From the NCBI GenBank assembly GCA_963816145.1, contig CAWFJP010000002.1, positions 192,001-256,000 of the forward strand: DNA of 64,000 nucleotides, given 5' to 3'. Under the pieces are notes generated by a model. It worked only from the letters and a program-made list of their open reading frames with translations, had not been told where the DNA came from and made no database searches. Position numbers and translations under genes: made by a program. This DNA is from an uncultured delta proteobacterium (GTDB lineage Bacteria; Desulfobacterota; Binatia; UBA9968). This document shows, piece by piece, positions 9,793 through 20,238 of this stretch; within the stretch, counting starts at the first letter, position 1, and every line of letters starts with the position of its first letter.

Positions 9793-10821
9793 ATGACTGA
9801 CAAACTACTCGAACAGATGGGGTTGCGCGATCTGCGCGGGATCATGCGCCAGAAGGCGCCGGCGGAGGCGTGGACGCATTTCAACGGCGCGGCTGAGACC
9901 AAGTCGACTTTTCACCGCAATCCGCGGGCGTTCCAACGATATCTATTTCGGCAGAAAATTTTTCACGATGTCGCCGATCCCGATATTTCCATCGAACTGT
10001 TCGGCAAGACGCTACCGATTCCGGCGATCACCGCGCCGGTGGGCAGTTTTATCCTGTTTGGCAAAGATGGCGAGCGCGAGGTCGCCGAGGGCACGGATCA
10101 TGCCGGCGCCATGATGTTTGTCAGCCAAGCGGCGAAGTTCAACTTGCGCGATTGGCGCGCCGCCGACAAGTCGCCGCTGGTGTTCATGGCCTACATGAAC
10201 CGGGGCAAACCGGAGGTCGAAGAGTACGCCAGGAGCGCGGAGGACTTGGGATTTGCCGCCGTCGGCATCACGATGGATACGGTGAAGCCGGTGAAGATCG
10301 GCGACGAGGTGCCGCTGTCGACTAAGGACGGCAAGCCGCGCAAGGGCCACAAGTCGACACCCAAAGACATCGAGTGGATGAAGCAGATCGTCAAATTGCC
10401 GGTGGTGGTCAAAGGCATCATGGGTGCGGACGACGCGCGTGTGGCGGTCAATTCCGGCGCCGATGCGCTGGTGGTGTCCAATCACGGCGGGCGCATCCTC
10501 GACTTCAACCGCTCGGCTTTAGAAGCTTTGCCCGAAGTCGTCGACGCCGTCGGCGACAAAGTTCCCGTGCTTCTCGACAGCGGCATTCGCAGCGGCGGCG
10601 ATATCGTCAAAGCGATGGCTTTGGGCGCGAAAGCGGTGCTGATCGGCCGTCCGGTAGCTTGGGGCCTTGGCGCATTCGGTGCGCGCGGCGTCGAGCGGGT
10701 TTTCAATATCTTCGCCGAAGAGATGCAGCGCGTGCTGGTAATGACCGGTGTCGGGCGGGTGCGCGACGTGACCAATGACATTCTTATTCGCGACGAGTGG
10801 GGAAAGGTGCGCTCATCATGA
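9793..10821 (+). CDS. FMN-dependent alpha-hydroxy acid oxidase/dehydrogenase family protein
   Basis: LPVVVKGI, VSNHGGR, DSGIRSGGDIVKAMALGA and GRP motifs. Confidence 0.9.
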   Translation: MTDKLLEQMGLRDLRGIMRQKAPAEAWTHFNGAAETKSTFHRNPRAFQRYLFRQKIFHDVADPDISIELFGKTLPIPAITAPVGSFILFGKDGEREVAEGTDHAGAMMFVSQAAKFNLRDWRAADKSPLVFMAYMNRGKPEVEEYARSAEDLGFAAVGITMDTVKPVKIGDEVPLSTKDGKPRKGHKSTPKDIEWMKQIVKLPVVVKGIMGADDARVAVNSGADALVVSNHGGRILDFNRSALEALPEVVDAVGDKVPVLLDSGIRSGGDIVKAMALGAKAVLIGRPVAWGLGAFGARGVERVFNIFAEEMQRVLVMTGVGRVRDVTNDILIRDEWGKVRSS

Positions 10822-11375
10822 TCTTTGTCATCTGGGGCATCGTTTTTGTCGCCGGTATCTGGATCATCTCGACCTACAATACGCTGACCGCGCTGCGCTT
10901 GCGGGTGCAAAACGCTTGGCATCAGATCAACGTCCAGCTCAAGCGGCGCTACGATTTGATTCCCAATCTGGTTGAGACGGTCAAAGGCTACATGCAGTTC
11001 GAGCAAGACACCCTGCAGAAAGTTATCGATGCGCGCAGCAAGGCGATGGTTTCGACCGGCGTCAAGCAGGCCGCCGAAGCCCAAGGCGCGTTGAACGATT
11101 CCCTCGGCAAAGTCTTCGCTTTGATGGAAAACTATCCCGATTTGAAGTCCAACAAAAACGTTCTCGATTTGCAGGAAGAGTTGGCGACGACGGAAAATCA
11201 AATTGCCTTTGCGCGCCAGTACTACAACGACTTGGTCACCCAATATAATACCAAACAGCAGGTTTTCCCCGGCAATCTGATCGCCGGTTTCTTCAAGTTT
11301 CAACCCAGCGAGTTTTTCTCGGCGCCCGAAGCGGAGCTGGCGCTGCCGAAAGTCAACTTATCGCTGCCCCGATAA
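10818..11375 (+). CDS. lemA: LemA family protein
   Basis: N-terminal TM segment, QLKRRYDLIPNLV, ENYPDLK, TENQIAFARQYYND; alternative start GTG 10797. Confidence 0.9.
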   Translation: MIFVIWGIVFVAGIWIISTYNTLTALRLRVQNAWHQINVQLKRRYDLIPNLVETVKGYMQFEQDTLQKVIDARSKAMVSTGVKQAAEAQGALNDSLGKVFALMENYPDLKSNKNVLDLQEELATTENQIAFARQYYNDLVTQYNTKQQVFPGNLIAGFFKFQPSEFFSAPEAELALPKVNLSLPR

Positions 11376-11393
11376 GCGTCGCCGCGCACGCCG

Positions 11394-12380
11394 TTGATCG
11401 ATTTCGCGCAACGCCAGGCCCATAATCAGCGCTGCAGCGCGGCGCTGGTGGGTGGCTTCATCATGGTCTTTCTCGTCATCGGCGGCGCTGTCGATTATTT
11501 GTATCTCGATGGCTTCTCGTCCGCGGGAGCGCCCTTCCCAATCGCCACGGTGATGGCGCTGGGCTTCGCGACTTTCACGGCACTCACCGCCTACTACGGC
11601 GGCAGCGGCCTCATCCTCGGTTCCCTGGGCGCCGAAAAACTAGACATCCAGATTCCCGAGCATCGTGAACTGCGCAACATCGTCACCGAAATGGCACTGG
11701 CATCCGGATCGGCGATGCCGCAGCTCTATGTGATCTACGATCCGGCACCCAATGCCCTGGCGACGGGCACCAATGATAAGAACGCGGCGATCTGCGTTAC
11801 CACCGGCTTGCTGACTCTGCTCGATCGTGAAGAGACCCAGGGCGTGGTGGCGCACGAGATGTCGCATATCCGCAACGAAGATATTCTGCTCATGACACTG
11901 GTAAGCATCTTGCTCGGCGGCATCGCGATTCTCGCCGACTTCGGCCAGCGCGGTTTTTATAGCACGCGCTCCGGGCGGCGGGTGGGCCAGAAAAATCCGT
12001 TGATCTTTTTGCCGTTGATCTTGCTGATCGCCTTATCGCCTGTGATCGGCAGGCTGTTGGCGATGGCGGTTTCGCGCCAGCGCGAATATCTCGCCGACGC
12101 CAGCGCGGCGCAGTACACACGTAATCCGCGCGGTCTGGCGCGGGCGCTCGAGAAGATTCGCGACAGCGGCATACCGTTTCAAAAAGCCTCGCGGGGAACC
12201 GCTCATCTGTTTTTTACCAATCCGTTGCGGCGGCGTTTGGACGACAGCGAAAGCGGCTTGGCAAATCTGTTGTCGACCCATCCGCCGATCGATCGGCGCA
12301 TCGCACTGCTGTACGAGATGGCGGGTATGCCTCGGCCGATGGTTCGATCGTTCATGGGCCTGAGCCCGGAGCAGAGGTAG
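11394..12380 (+). CDS. M48-family zinc metalloprotease (HtpX-like)
   Basis: PNALATG, AHEMSH (HExxH), SRQREYLAD and STHPP motifs. Confidence 0.9.
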   Translation: MIDFAQRQAHNQRCSAALVGGFIMVFLVIGGAVDYLYLDGFSSAGAPFPIATVMALGFATFTALTAYYGGSGLILGSLGAEKLDIQIPEHRELRNIVTEMALASGSAMPQLYVIYDPAPNALATGTNDKNAAICVTTGLLTLLDREETQGVVAHEMSHIRNEDILLMTLVSILLGGIAILADFGQRGFYSTRSGRRVGQKNPLIFLPLILLIALSPVIGRLLAMAVSRQREYLADASAAQYTRNPRGLARALEKIRDSGIPFQKASRGTAHLFFTNPLRRRLDDSESGLANLLSTHPPIDRRIALLYEMAGMPRPMVRSFMGLSPEQR

Positions 12381-12385
12381 CAACG

Positions 12386-12958
12386 ATGGTCAAGTGTCCC
12401 GAATGCGACCGTGAAATGGTCGAGGTCATGGTGCCGGCGAATCCGGGACAGTTGATCATTCTAGACCAGTGCCACGAGTGCGGCGGGATTTGGTGCGACA
12501 AATGGGAGCTATTTCCGATCGATTCGGCCGCCGCGCAAAAGTTGGAGCGCGCCGACGAGGCGAAACTGCGCCAGCCAGCTGCGGTCGTTCCGCCGCACGA
12601 TCTCTTCTGTCCGCGTTGTACCGCCAAGCTGATCGCTGCCCGCGATCCGTCGTTGCCGGCGGATTTGCGGCTGCGGCGTTGTTTTAAGTGTGACGGCATT
12701 TGGCTCAACCGCGGCCAGCTCTCGCAGTTCAAGGCGCATCAATCGAGTGTCCGCCAAAGGAATTTAGGGAACGAGGCGCTGGCCAGCCGAGTGAGCGCCG
12801 TCATGCAAGATCCCAAATCGTGGGTGGTGACCGGCACGGAGGGTATGTTCGCCTATCCGCATGGCGAGGAAGAGAATCTTGAAACGGTCGGAGATTCTCT
12901 CAAGAACGCTGTAAAGCTGATCGTTCAGACGCTCGCACGTATGGTGGTGGGCGTCTGA
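12386..12958 (+). CDS. Tandem zf-TFIIB-type zinc-ribbon protein
   Basis: Two CPxC...CxxCxGIW modules. Confidence 0.75.
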   Translation: MVKCPECDREMVEVMVPANPGQLIILDQCHECGGIWCDKWELFPIDSAAAQKLERADEAKLRQPAAVVPPHDLFCPRCTAKLIAARDPSLPADLRLRRCFKCDGIWLNRGQLSQFKAHQSSVRQRNLGNEALASRVSAVMQDPKSWVVTGTEGMFAYPHGEEENLETVGDSLKNAVKLIVQTLARMVVGV

Positions 12959-13022
12959 AGAGTGACCGGTGAAATACGCAACGCCATCAGTTCAATATTT
13001 AATTTGGCCCGCGCGCCAATAA

Positions 13023-13409
13023 TCAAATGATCGCGATGAGATCGATCTCGACCAGCGCGCCGCGCGGTAAATCCGCCACCGCGACGGTCGAACGGGCCGG
13101 CTTGGCCTTGCCCAAGTATTCGCCGTAGACTTCGTTCAGCGCCGCAAAGTCGGCCATGTTTTTCAAGAACACCGTGGCTTTGATGACCTTGTCGAGGGAC
13201 GATCCGGCGGCTTCCAAGACGGCTTTAAGATTTTCCAAGACTTGGCGTGTCTGTTCGGCGATGGTGCCGGCGATCAAGTTACCGGTTTGCGGATCGATGG
13301 GAATTTGCCCGGCGGTGTAGACGAAGTCGCCGATTTTGATCGCTTGTTCGTAAGGGCCGATGGCCTTGGGTGCTTTGTCGGTGCTAATGGTTTCTCGAAT
13401 CATCCTCAT
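13023..13409 (-). CDS. ridA: RidA/YjgF enamine-imine deaminase
   Basis: [26 protein letters not shown] motifs. Confidence 0.9.
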   Translation of the reverse strand: MRMIRETISTDKAPKAIGPYEQAIKIGDFVYTAGQIPIDPQTGNLIAGTIAEQTRQVLENLKAVLEAAGSSLDKVIKATVFLKNMADFAALNEVYGEYLGKAKPARSTVAVADLPRGALVEIDLIAII

Positions 13410-13525
13410 GCTTCCTTGTTCGGGACTTTTCACGAGCTATAGCATGACCTAATCTAGCGCAACGGTTGTTGGTCCATGCGCACTTGAACTTAACGGTCCC
13501 GCTGTGATTGATTAGCAAGCAAACG

Positions 13526-13714
13526 ATGAAACTCCTTACGGCCCACAAGATCTTAATTACCAGCGCAGTGATCTTCTTTGTCTTCTTTAGCGGCTGGGAG
13601 TATCGCAACTACGCCGCCGGCGACGCATCGGCTGCCTGGCGCAGCGGGTTATATCTGATCGTCGCCGGCGGATTTGCGATCTATCTTAAAAATCTCAAAC
13701 GGTGGTACCGCTAA
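13526..13714 (+). CDS. Small two-TM membrane protein
   Basis: MKLLTAHKILITSAVIFFVFFSGW...; two hydrophobic segments and a basic C-terminus. Confidence 0.6.
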   Translation: MKLLTAHKILITSAVIFFVFFSGWEYRNYAAGDASAAWRSGLYLIVAGGFAIYLKNLKRWYR

Positions 13715-13727
13715 AAAGCTATTGTTG

Positions 13728-14021
13728 ATGGAACCCACTCCATTTCTGGTCGAAGTCTCCGCGGCCGAGATGCGCCGCGAGCGGCAGAAGGCGCGCGAGT
13801 TGCGCCAGAGCCAATGGTGGAAGCGCAAGCTTTCGCGCGGTGTTTGCCACCATTGCGGCGCCAGGTTCGCGCCCGCGGAGTTGACCATGGATCATCTCGT
13901 GCCGGTGGTCCGCGGCGGCAAGTCGACTAAGGGCAACGTGGTGCCGAGCTGTAAACCCTGCAATTCGGCGCGCCGGCATAGCCTGCCGTTCGAGATTAAT
14001 CCTCGCTCCGGCGAGGACTAA
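13728..14021 (+). CDS. Small HNH endonuclease
   Basis: CHHC...TMDHLVP...GG.S...N...CKPCN motif. Confidence 0.85.
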   Translation: MEPTPFLVEVSAAEMRRERQKARELRQSQWWKRKLSRGVCHHCGARFAPAELTMDHLVPVVRGGKSTKGNVVPSCKPCNSARRHSLPFEINPRSGED

Positions 14022-14026
14022 TCGCG

Positions 14027-14114
14027 AAATTACAAATTACAGATTCCAAATTCCATATTCCCGATGACGGAGCATCCCGGCAAATTTGGAATTTGTAGTC
14101 TTGAATTTGGAATT
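14027..14114. repeat. Heptamer (AAATTCC/AAATTAC) tandem-repeat palindrome
   Basis: AAATTAC AAATTAC AGATTCC AAATTCC ... TTTGGAATTTGTAG..GAATTTGGAATT. Confidence 0.75.
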
Positions 14115-14174
14115 GTTTAACCCTTGCCACCTTCAGCAGGCTTCAATAGTATGCGTTCCAGGGAGGGCAGAGCC

Positions 14175-14909
14175 ATGAATAGCGACACTTTTCTCGTTCG
14201 GACGATGTCCGATACGGTGGAAACCGATATCGAGCGGGTTCATGTCATCGCCAATGAAATCCTGCCGCGTTACAACCTGCCGCCGATCACCTTCGAGCAA
14301 TTGAGAAAAATCGCCGATGGGCCCTTCGATTTGTTTTTGATCCCGCTTATCTTCGCCGCGGAGTATGCCAACGACCGCAACCTGCCGTTTAACGAGGCCA
14401 AGCGCGTGGAGATTCGCCGGATCGCATTGGAGATCGCGCGCCGGCATGGCTACGATGTCAATCCGCCGGACTTCCAGGCGGGCATCGAGCAGTCGTTAAA
14501 GGAAACCAAAGCCGCCGGTTTGCGCAATGTGCTAATGACCACCGGCGGCCGGCGTTATAAGCATCAGGCGATGGAGAAAGTCGGGCTCGGCGGTTATTTT
14601 GAAGAGATCATCGATCGTGAACAAACCTACTACGCCAAGGAGCAGGGCTTCTATTACCTCTACCGCAAACAAAGAACGCCGCACATCCGTATCGTCGCGC
14701 TGAGCGGCACGGCGAATTACATTAAAGCTGCTAACAACGCCAATGGCTGCCAGGTCGGCGATACCCGTCTCGAAGTCATTGCCATCGCCCTATCGACACC
14801 CCATTCTTACAATGACGAGGAAACACTCCGTGCGGCGGCACCGAAAGCCGTGATTCAAGGATTCGCTGAACTTTTGCCAACGTTGAAAAAACTGGTCCCG
14901 GTGGGCTAA
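14175..14909 (+). CDS. HAD-fold protein with degenerate catalytic motifs
   Basis: GIEQSLKETKAAGLRNVLMT, GLGGYFEEII and LRAAAPKAVIQGFAEL resemble HAD-IA; no DxD motif. Confidence 0.65.
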   Translation: MNSDTFLVRTMSDTVETDIERVHVIANEILPRYNLPPITFEQLRKIADGPFDLFLIPLIFAAEYANDRNLPFNEAKRVEIRRIALEIARRHGYDVNPPDFQAGIEQSLKETKAAGLRNVLMTTGGRRYKHQAMEKVGLGGYFEEIIDREQTYYAKEQGFYYLYRKQRTPHIRIVALSGTANYIKAANNANGCQVGDTRLEVIAIALSTPHSYNDEETLRAAAPKAVIQGFAELLPTLKKLVPVG

Positions 14910-14925
14910 ATTCGAACTTTGCGCG

Positions 14926-15600
14926 CTACAAGATGTTGACGGCCCGCCCCGCTAACAGCGCAATGATGAGAAGCGACAGGAGCGACTGGAGCATCATCAA
15001 GACTTTTGCCCAGCGTGCCAACACGGGTACATCGGTTGGTGAAAATGCCGTGCTGGTGTTGAAAGCTAAAAATAGGTAATCGACAAAATTCGGCGACCAG
15101 CCCCGTTGACCGGTTTCTCTCAAGGCTTGGTCGCTCATGGTCATCTGCGGAAACAGAAACGCCCCTTCGAGATGAGCCGACCGATTATCGCGCTGGTTCG
15201 GCCCGCCGGCGTCCAGCCGCCAGTACCACAGGGCGAAAACGAGAATGGTGGTCGCCCAGAGAGATGCCGCTGAAAGCAGCAGCGCCGTAGGCGTTTGTTT
15301 GTGCATCGGCAGTGCGGCGATTAGAAGAATGAGGGAAATAATCAGTCCGGTGGTGAGCACGCCATCGACCACAAATCCGATAAACGTGTTGAGCCGATGA
15401 CTACCGGTGTGGTGAGACACTATGTTGGGAATCAGCAGCACTAAGACGACCGATGGAAAGAGCCAACGCGGGCCCATGGTCAGGACTTCGGGTAGCGCCG
15501 CATAGAGACCGCCTACCGCCAGTGCGGCTACGAAGGCTGGCCAACGCGGTTCGGCGTCTCGATCGTCGACCGGTGCTTTGGTGCGGGTTGACAATTCCAA
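14926..15600 (-). CDS. DUF1345-like integral membrane protein
   Basis: FLFPQM, DYLFLAFNTSTAFSPTD motif and several TM helices. Confidence 0.75.
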   Translation of the reverse strand: MELSTRTKAPVDDRDAEPRWPAFVAALAVGGLYAALPEVLTMGPRWLFPSVVLVLLIPNIVSHHTGSHRLNTFIGFVVDGVLTTGLIISLILLIAALPMHKQTPTALLLSAASLWATTILVFALWYWRLDAGGPNQRDNRSAHLEGAFLFPQMTMSDQALRETGQRGWSPNFVDYLFLAFNTSTAFSPTDVPVLARWAKVLMMLQSLLSLLIIALLAGRAVNIL

Positions 15601-15674
15601 CGGATTACCTCGATGATTCGTTCACCTGTATTCGTTCTTAGCACCATTTAGCTTGCCGGATTCAGTCTCGGGAG

Positions 15675-16640
15675 TTAAATCCACTTGGCTTTGCGAAAGC
15701 GCGAAAACATGTAGATATCGATGGCGACCATGGCCGCAAGGCTGAGCGGATAACCCAGGGGGGAGTTGATCTCGGGCATATGTTGAAAGTTCATACCGTA
15801 AATTCCTGCAATCAAGGTCGGCACGGCGATCAAGGCGCCGTAGGAAGCTAGCTGTTTGGTGACCTCAGTCTCCTGAATCGTAATCAGCGAGATCGCTACC
15901 GAAATCGCGGTGGTGACCATGTCGCGCAGAGTGTCGATGGATTGATGCAGGCGCAGCAAGTGATCGTAGACATCGCGGAAATAATCTTGCAGTCCGCCCA
16001 CCAGGTGCGGCACCCGGCCGCCGAACAGCTTGCCAGTGGCTTCGAGCAACGGCTCGGTGGCATGCTTGAGCGTCATCAGCTTGCGTTTCAGATCATAGAG
16101 CGCCTCGATGTTGGCCCTGGCGGTTTGGTTGGCGAACATGCGGTCCTCGATATTTTCAATTTCGGTTTCAAGGCCATCAAGGATTGGAAAGTAACGGTCA
16201 ACGACCGCGTCCATCAGGGCGTAGAGCACGTAGCCTGAACCATGGCGCAGAAGTTCAGGCTCGCGCTCGCAACGGGCGCGCACGTCGGTGAAGCCGCGCG
16301 CGGCGCCGGAGCGCACCGATAAGACATAGTTGGCACCGATGAAGATGCCGACCTCGCCGACGTTCAATTCGTCGCCGCTGCGTTCGATCATGTGCAAGAC
16401 GACAAATAGGAACCCCTCGTATTCTTCGATCTTTGGCCGCTGGTGGCCATGCTGGGCATCTTCCAAGGCGAGATCGTGGAGACTGAATTCCTCTTGCATC
16501 GCCTGAAGCTCTTCCGGGGTCGCGTCGTTAAGCGCCACCCAGACAAAACAATCGGCGTGAGATAGATATGAATGAATCTCGCTCACCGGGATATTGGTGA
16601 GTCGGCGGCCATTCTGGTAGGCGACACAGTTGACGATCAT
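15675..16640 (-). CDS. corA: Magnesium/cobalt transporter CorA
   Basis: HQRPKIEEY and PTLIAGIYGMNF (GMN signature). Confidence 0.92.
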   Translation of the reverse strand: MIVNCVAYQNGRRLTNIPVSEIHSYLSHADCFVWVALNDATPEELQAMQEEFSLHDLALEDAQHGHQRPKIEEYEGFLFVVLHMIERSGDELNVGEVGIFIGANYVLSVRSGAARGFTDVRARCEREPELLRHGSGYVLYALMDAVVDRYFPILDGLETEIENIEDRMFANQTARANIEALYDLKRKLMTLKHATEPLLEATGKLFGGRVPHLVGGLQDYFRDVYDHLLRLHQSIDTLRDMVTTAISVAISLITIQETEVTKQLASYGALIAVPTLIAGIYGMNFQHMPEINSPLGYPLSLAAMVAIDIYMFSRFRKAKWI

Positions 16641-16798
16641 CGGCGGCTCTTGGGATGCAACAAACTAATTCGCGCTACTTTGGCTCGATTGGCGCATGGG
16701 AGTCAAGCTGTAGGCGCGTGCCGGTGTAGCGTGTGATTTAATTTGTCGATACTCGGCGTGACGTCGTTCGTGGAGCATGGCGAAGCTGCAACCCAGAC

Positions 16799-16985
16799 TC
16801 GGAATATCTCCCGCAAAGGCGCCAAGGCGCAAAGGTGATGGGCCGATGTCTGTCATCCCGAGCAAACGCGAGGGATCTAATTTGATTTCTCCCTACGGTC
16901 GAAATGACAACAATTCCGAACTTGGCGACTTTGCGCCCCTTCGATGAACTCAGGGCAGGCTTTGCGGGAGGAATATCCGATTCCG
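16799..16985. repeat. Nested palindromic element (CGCAAAGGCG shell, GTCAT...GAAATGAC core, CCTTCGA..CTCAGG insert)
   Basis: Inverted repeats; homologous to 42865-43010. Confidence 0.75.
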
Positions 16986-17060
16986 AAGGTCTTCGAAGTC
17001 CGTAGAATTCGCCCAGGCGTCGCAAACGCTCACCGATAGTAATATAACGCGGAAGAGATT

Positions 17061-17618
17061 ATGACTGCGCTGAAAACCTACTTGTCGGGCCGAGTGGTGG
17101 TCAAGGTCGGCGACATTACCCAGGAAGCGGTCGACGCCATCGTCAACGCGGCGAACGGATCGCTGATGGGCGGCGGCGGCGTGGACGGGGCGATTCACCG
17201 CGCCGGCGGACCGGAGATCAAAGCGGCTTGCGCGGAGATTCGCCGCACGCAGTATCCGCAGGGCTTGCCGACTGGACAAGCCGTGATCACGACGGCGGGT
17301 AAATTGCCGGCGAAGTATGTGATTCACACCGTCGGTCCGGTCTACGGTAGCGGTGGCGCGGACAAGGCCGATTTCTTGGCGGCATGCTATTTCAATTCGC
17401 TAAGTCTGGCGGCGTCGAGCATGGACTCAAGTCGATCGCTTTCCCGGCGATCTCCACCGGGATTTACGGTTATCCGATGGCTGAGGCGGCGGCGGTGTCC
17501 TCGCGCACCATTGAGCAGTTTCTGCTCGTCGATAAATCGATTGAGGCAGTCAAGATTGGTCTTCTTCGCCGCAGGCGATGCCGAGGTGTTCTTGAAACAT
17601 CACAGCTTCACGGGCTAG
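17061..17618 (+). CDS. Macro-domain O-acetyl-ADP-ribose deacetylase (YmdB-like); two compensating frameshifts
   Basis: [23 protein letters not shown] and VIHTVGP; the [15 protein letters not shown] motif lies in another frame (~17415-17550). Confidence 0.85.
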   Translation: MTALKTYLSGRVVVKVGDITQEAVDAIVNAANGSLMGGGGVDGAIHRAGGPEIKAACAEIRRTQYPQGLPTGQAVITTAGKLPAKYVIHTVGPVYGSGGADKADFLAACYFNSLSLAASSMDSSRSLSRRSPPGFTVIRWLRRRRCPRAPLSSFCSSINRLRQSRLVFFAAGDAEVFLKHHSFTG

Positions 17619-17634
17619 AAAGGCATAGGCATAT

Positions 17635-17751
17635 CCATTTTGGATTTTCGATTGATGGACTAGGGGAGAACAAATGACAAAGACAATTCGAATGCAATTT
17701 CGGTGGCTTCGATCCGACAATCCAAAATCCAAAATCGAAAATCTAAAATGG
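17635..17751. repeat. Heptamer (CCAAAAT/CGAAAAT) palindrome overlapping the 5' end of the next gene
   Basis: CCATTTTGGATTTTCGATT pairs with AATCGAAAATCTAAAATGG. Confidence 0.75.
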
Positions 17752-18720
17752 GTGGGGATCTTTGCTCTCGTTCTCACAATCGCGTTCTGTGGGGTTGTGG
17801 CCCAGGCGCAGCAGCCGGCGAGAATTCTCCGGGTAGGAATTCTGGCCGCGCCGACCGCGGCCTTCTATTTGCCCCGGGTCGAGGCATTTCGCCAACGGCT
17901 GCGCGAGCTTGGCTATGTCGAAGGGAAAAACATTCTCATTGAGTACCGCTATGCAGACGGGAAACCCGAACGGCGGCCTGACCTTGCAGCCGAACTGGTC
18001 CGTCTCAAAGTTGACGTCATCGTCACCGCCGGAGTCCAGCCTGTTTTAGCGGCTAAGAAGGCGAGCGCGACAATTCCCATCGTATTCGCCGGTGCTGCCG
18101 ATCCAGTAGGAACTGGGCTTGTCTCCAGCCTGGCGCGACCAGGTGGGAATATCACCGGGCTTTCCAACATTGCGCAAGATCTAGATGGCAAACGGTTGGA
18201 ACTGCTCAAGGAAGCCTTTCCTAAGTTTGCCCGCGTAGCCTTCCTCTGGGTATCGGGTGGTAGGGGAAACCTGCCTCTCACAGAAATGGAGGCCGCGGCC
18301 AAGGCGTTGGGACTCAAACTGCTATCGCTTCCGGTGCGAAGCCTTGACGATTTTGACAGCGCATTTGCGCGAGCGAAAAGGGACGGCGCCCAGGCGCTCA
18401 TTACGAGCACCGGTGGACTTATCGCTACTCAGCAACGCCAAGTGTTGGACTTCGCGGCGAAGAACCGATTGCCGGCGATCTACCACTACAGTGAGTTTGT
18501 TGAGGCCGGCGGCTTGATGAGCTACGGGCCAGACAATACGGACTTATGGCGGCGCGCCGCTGACTTTGTGGACAAGATATTGAAAGGCACTAAGCCCGCC
18601 GACATCCCCGTCGAGCAGCCGACGAAGTTTGAATTCTTCGTCAATCTCAAGACCGCGAAGCAGATCGGCGTGACGATCCCGTCGAGTGTGCTGGCGCGGG
18701 CGGATAGGATCATACGGTAA
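17674..18720 (+). CDS. ABC transporter substrate-binding protein (ABC_sub_bind family)
   Basis: [43 protein letters not shown] motifs. Confidence 0.9.
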   Translation: MTKTIRMQFRWLRSDNPKSKIENLKWVGIFALVLTIAFCGVVAQAQQPARILRVGILAAPTAAFYLPRVEAFRQRLRELGYVEGKNILIEYRYADGKPERRPDLAAELVRLKVDVIVTAGVQPVLAAKKASATIPIVFAGAADPVGTGLVSSLARPGGNITGLSNIAQDLDGKRLELLKEAFPKFARVAFLWVSGGRGNLPLTEMEAAAKALGLKLLSLPVRSLDDFDSAFARAKRDGAQALITSTGGLIATQQRQVLDFAAKNRLPAIYHYSEFVEAGGLMSYGPDNTDLWRRAADFVDKILKGTKPADIPVEQPTKFEFFVNLKTAKQIGVTIPSSVLARADRIIR

Positions 18721-18812
18721 GGGGTTAGGGGTGAAGGGTAAGGCGACTCGGAGAGGTTCTAGATTGAAGATCGGATAACCCGGAGAATTTCACTTTTAGA
18801 AAGTTATAAAAC

Positions 18813-20238
18813 ATGGGACAAACAACGACACCTAATCGGGTTGGCATCGATGGCGTTTCCTATTCGCTGGCCCATGTGCCGGATTTGGTGCGCTTTGGCT
18901 CGAAGCCGTTGCGCGAGTTGCGCGGCAATCCGGTGCTGGCGGCTGATTTAGCTAGACTTCTGCGCGACTTTCCCGCGGCGACGGCTTACGCACCGCACCA
19001 AGTCTATATTGGCAACATCGGTCCGGAAAAGCTGCGCGATCTACCGCAGCCTTGGTTTGAGAAACTGATCGAAGGTGCGACGGCGCAGGGCCGCTTCGGC
19101 GATCTGGTCGATCAAGCGAAGTTCTATGCGTTGCTCGCCGGCGCGGATCAGTTCGATTTGATTTCCTTTGAAGAGAAATGGTTTCAAGCCCACGCGGCGC
19201 AGCATGCCATCGGCCGAGCGGCGCGCTTCAAGCCGTTGACGTGAAATTCAAAATCTCTGCGACAAAGGTGCGTTGCCGCTTTATTCAGGATCTCAACTCG
19301 TTGGTGCTTTTGAGGCGGCTCATGAAGAGGACGCCAGTCTGGCCGCTGAAGTGCTGCTGGAAAATCTATCCGGCAAGGTTTCCGCGGCCCACGCCTTGCG
19401 CCTGGTGTTGGCCCAACTCAAACTTAAACCTGATGACATCGATTTCGTCATCAGTTGTTCGGAAGAAGCGGTCGGCGACCGATACAATCGCGGCGGCGGC
19501 AATCTCGCCAAGGCAATTGCCGAAGATGTCGGTTGCGGTAATGCCTCGGGTTGCGATGTCAAAGCGTTCTGCGCCGGGCCGATGTACGCCATGGTGCAGG
19601 GCGCAAGCATGATTCAATCCGGTGTGGCGAAAAGAGTCGCAGTAGTGGCCGGCGGATCGCTTGGCCAAACTCGGCATGAAGTTCGAGTCCCATGTGAAAA
19701 AAGGTATGCCGATACTGGAAGATATGCTCGGCAGCTTTGCGGCGATTCTGAGCGCGGCGAAGCCGGGCCAGGTGTGCATTCGGCTAGATTCCGCCGCGTT
19801 TCACCCCGTGCGCGCCGGCGGTTCGGCCCAGGCAATGGCCGAAGAGCTGGCTGAGAAAGCGTTGACCAAGCTCGGCATGAAGCTCACTGATGTCGACCGC
19901 TACGGCGTCGAGCTGCATAATCCGGAAATCACCCTGCCTTCGGGCAGCGGCGACGTGCCGCGGACTAATTATCTTACCCTCGCCGCCCTGGCGGTGATGC
20001 GCGGGCAGATTCAAAAGAATCAGATGGAAGATTTCGTCCGCAGCCGTGGCATGCTAGGCTATGCGCCGACCCAGGGACATATTCCGTCGGCGATCGTTTA
20101 TTTGGGCCATGCCAAGGCGGCCTCGAAAGCGGCGAGATTCGCAACGCACTGCTGATGGCTAAAGGAAGTTTATTTCTCGGTCGGATGACCCAGCTGTCGG
20201 ATGGCTGTTCGTTTCTGGTCGATCGGAATGATGGGTAA
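18813..20238 (+). CDS. grdC: Glycine/sarcosine/betaine reductase component C beta subunit (GrdC, FabH-like); three frameshifts
   Basis: Four fragments join: LAHVPDLVRFGSKP; AHEEDASLAAEVLLENL, CSEEAVGDRYNRGGGNLAKAIAE, KAFCAGP; AKLGM, ELHNPEIT..GSGDVP, GYAPTQGHIPS; AKGSLFLGRMTQLSDG. Shifts near 19240, 19660 and 20120. Confidence 0.85.

Noticed and set aside
13728-14021. HNH gene as part of a defence or RNA-guided system
   Set aside because: Stand-alone ~97-aa HNH with no methylase, ATPase, RuvC domain or array nearby.
19242-19244. TGA in grdC as selenocysteine
   Set aside because: Homology continues in a different frame, so this is a frameshift rather than read-through.
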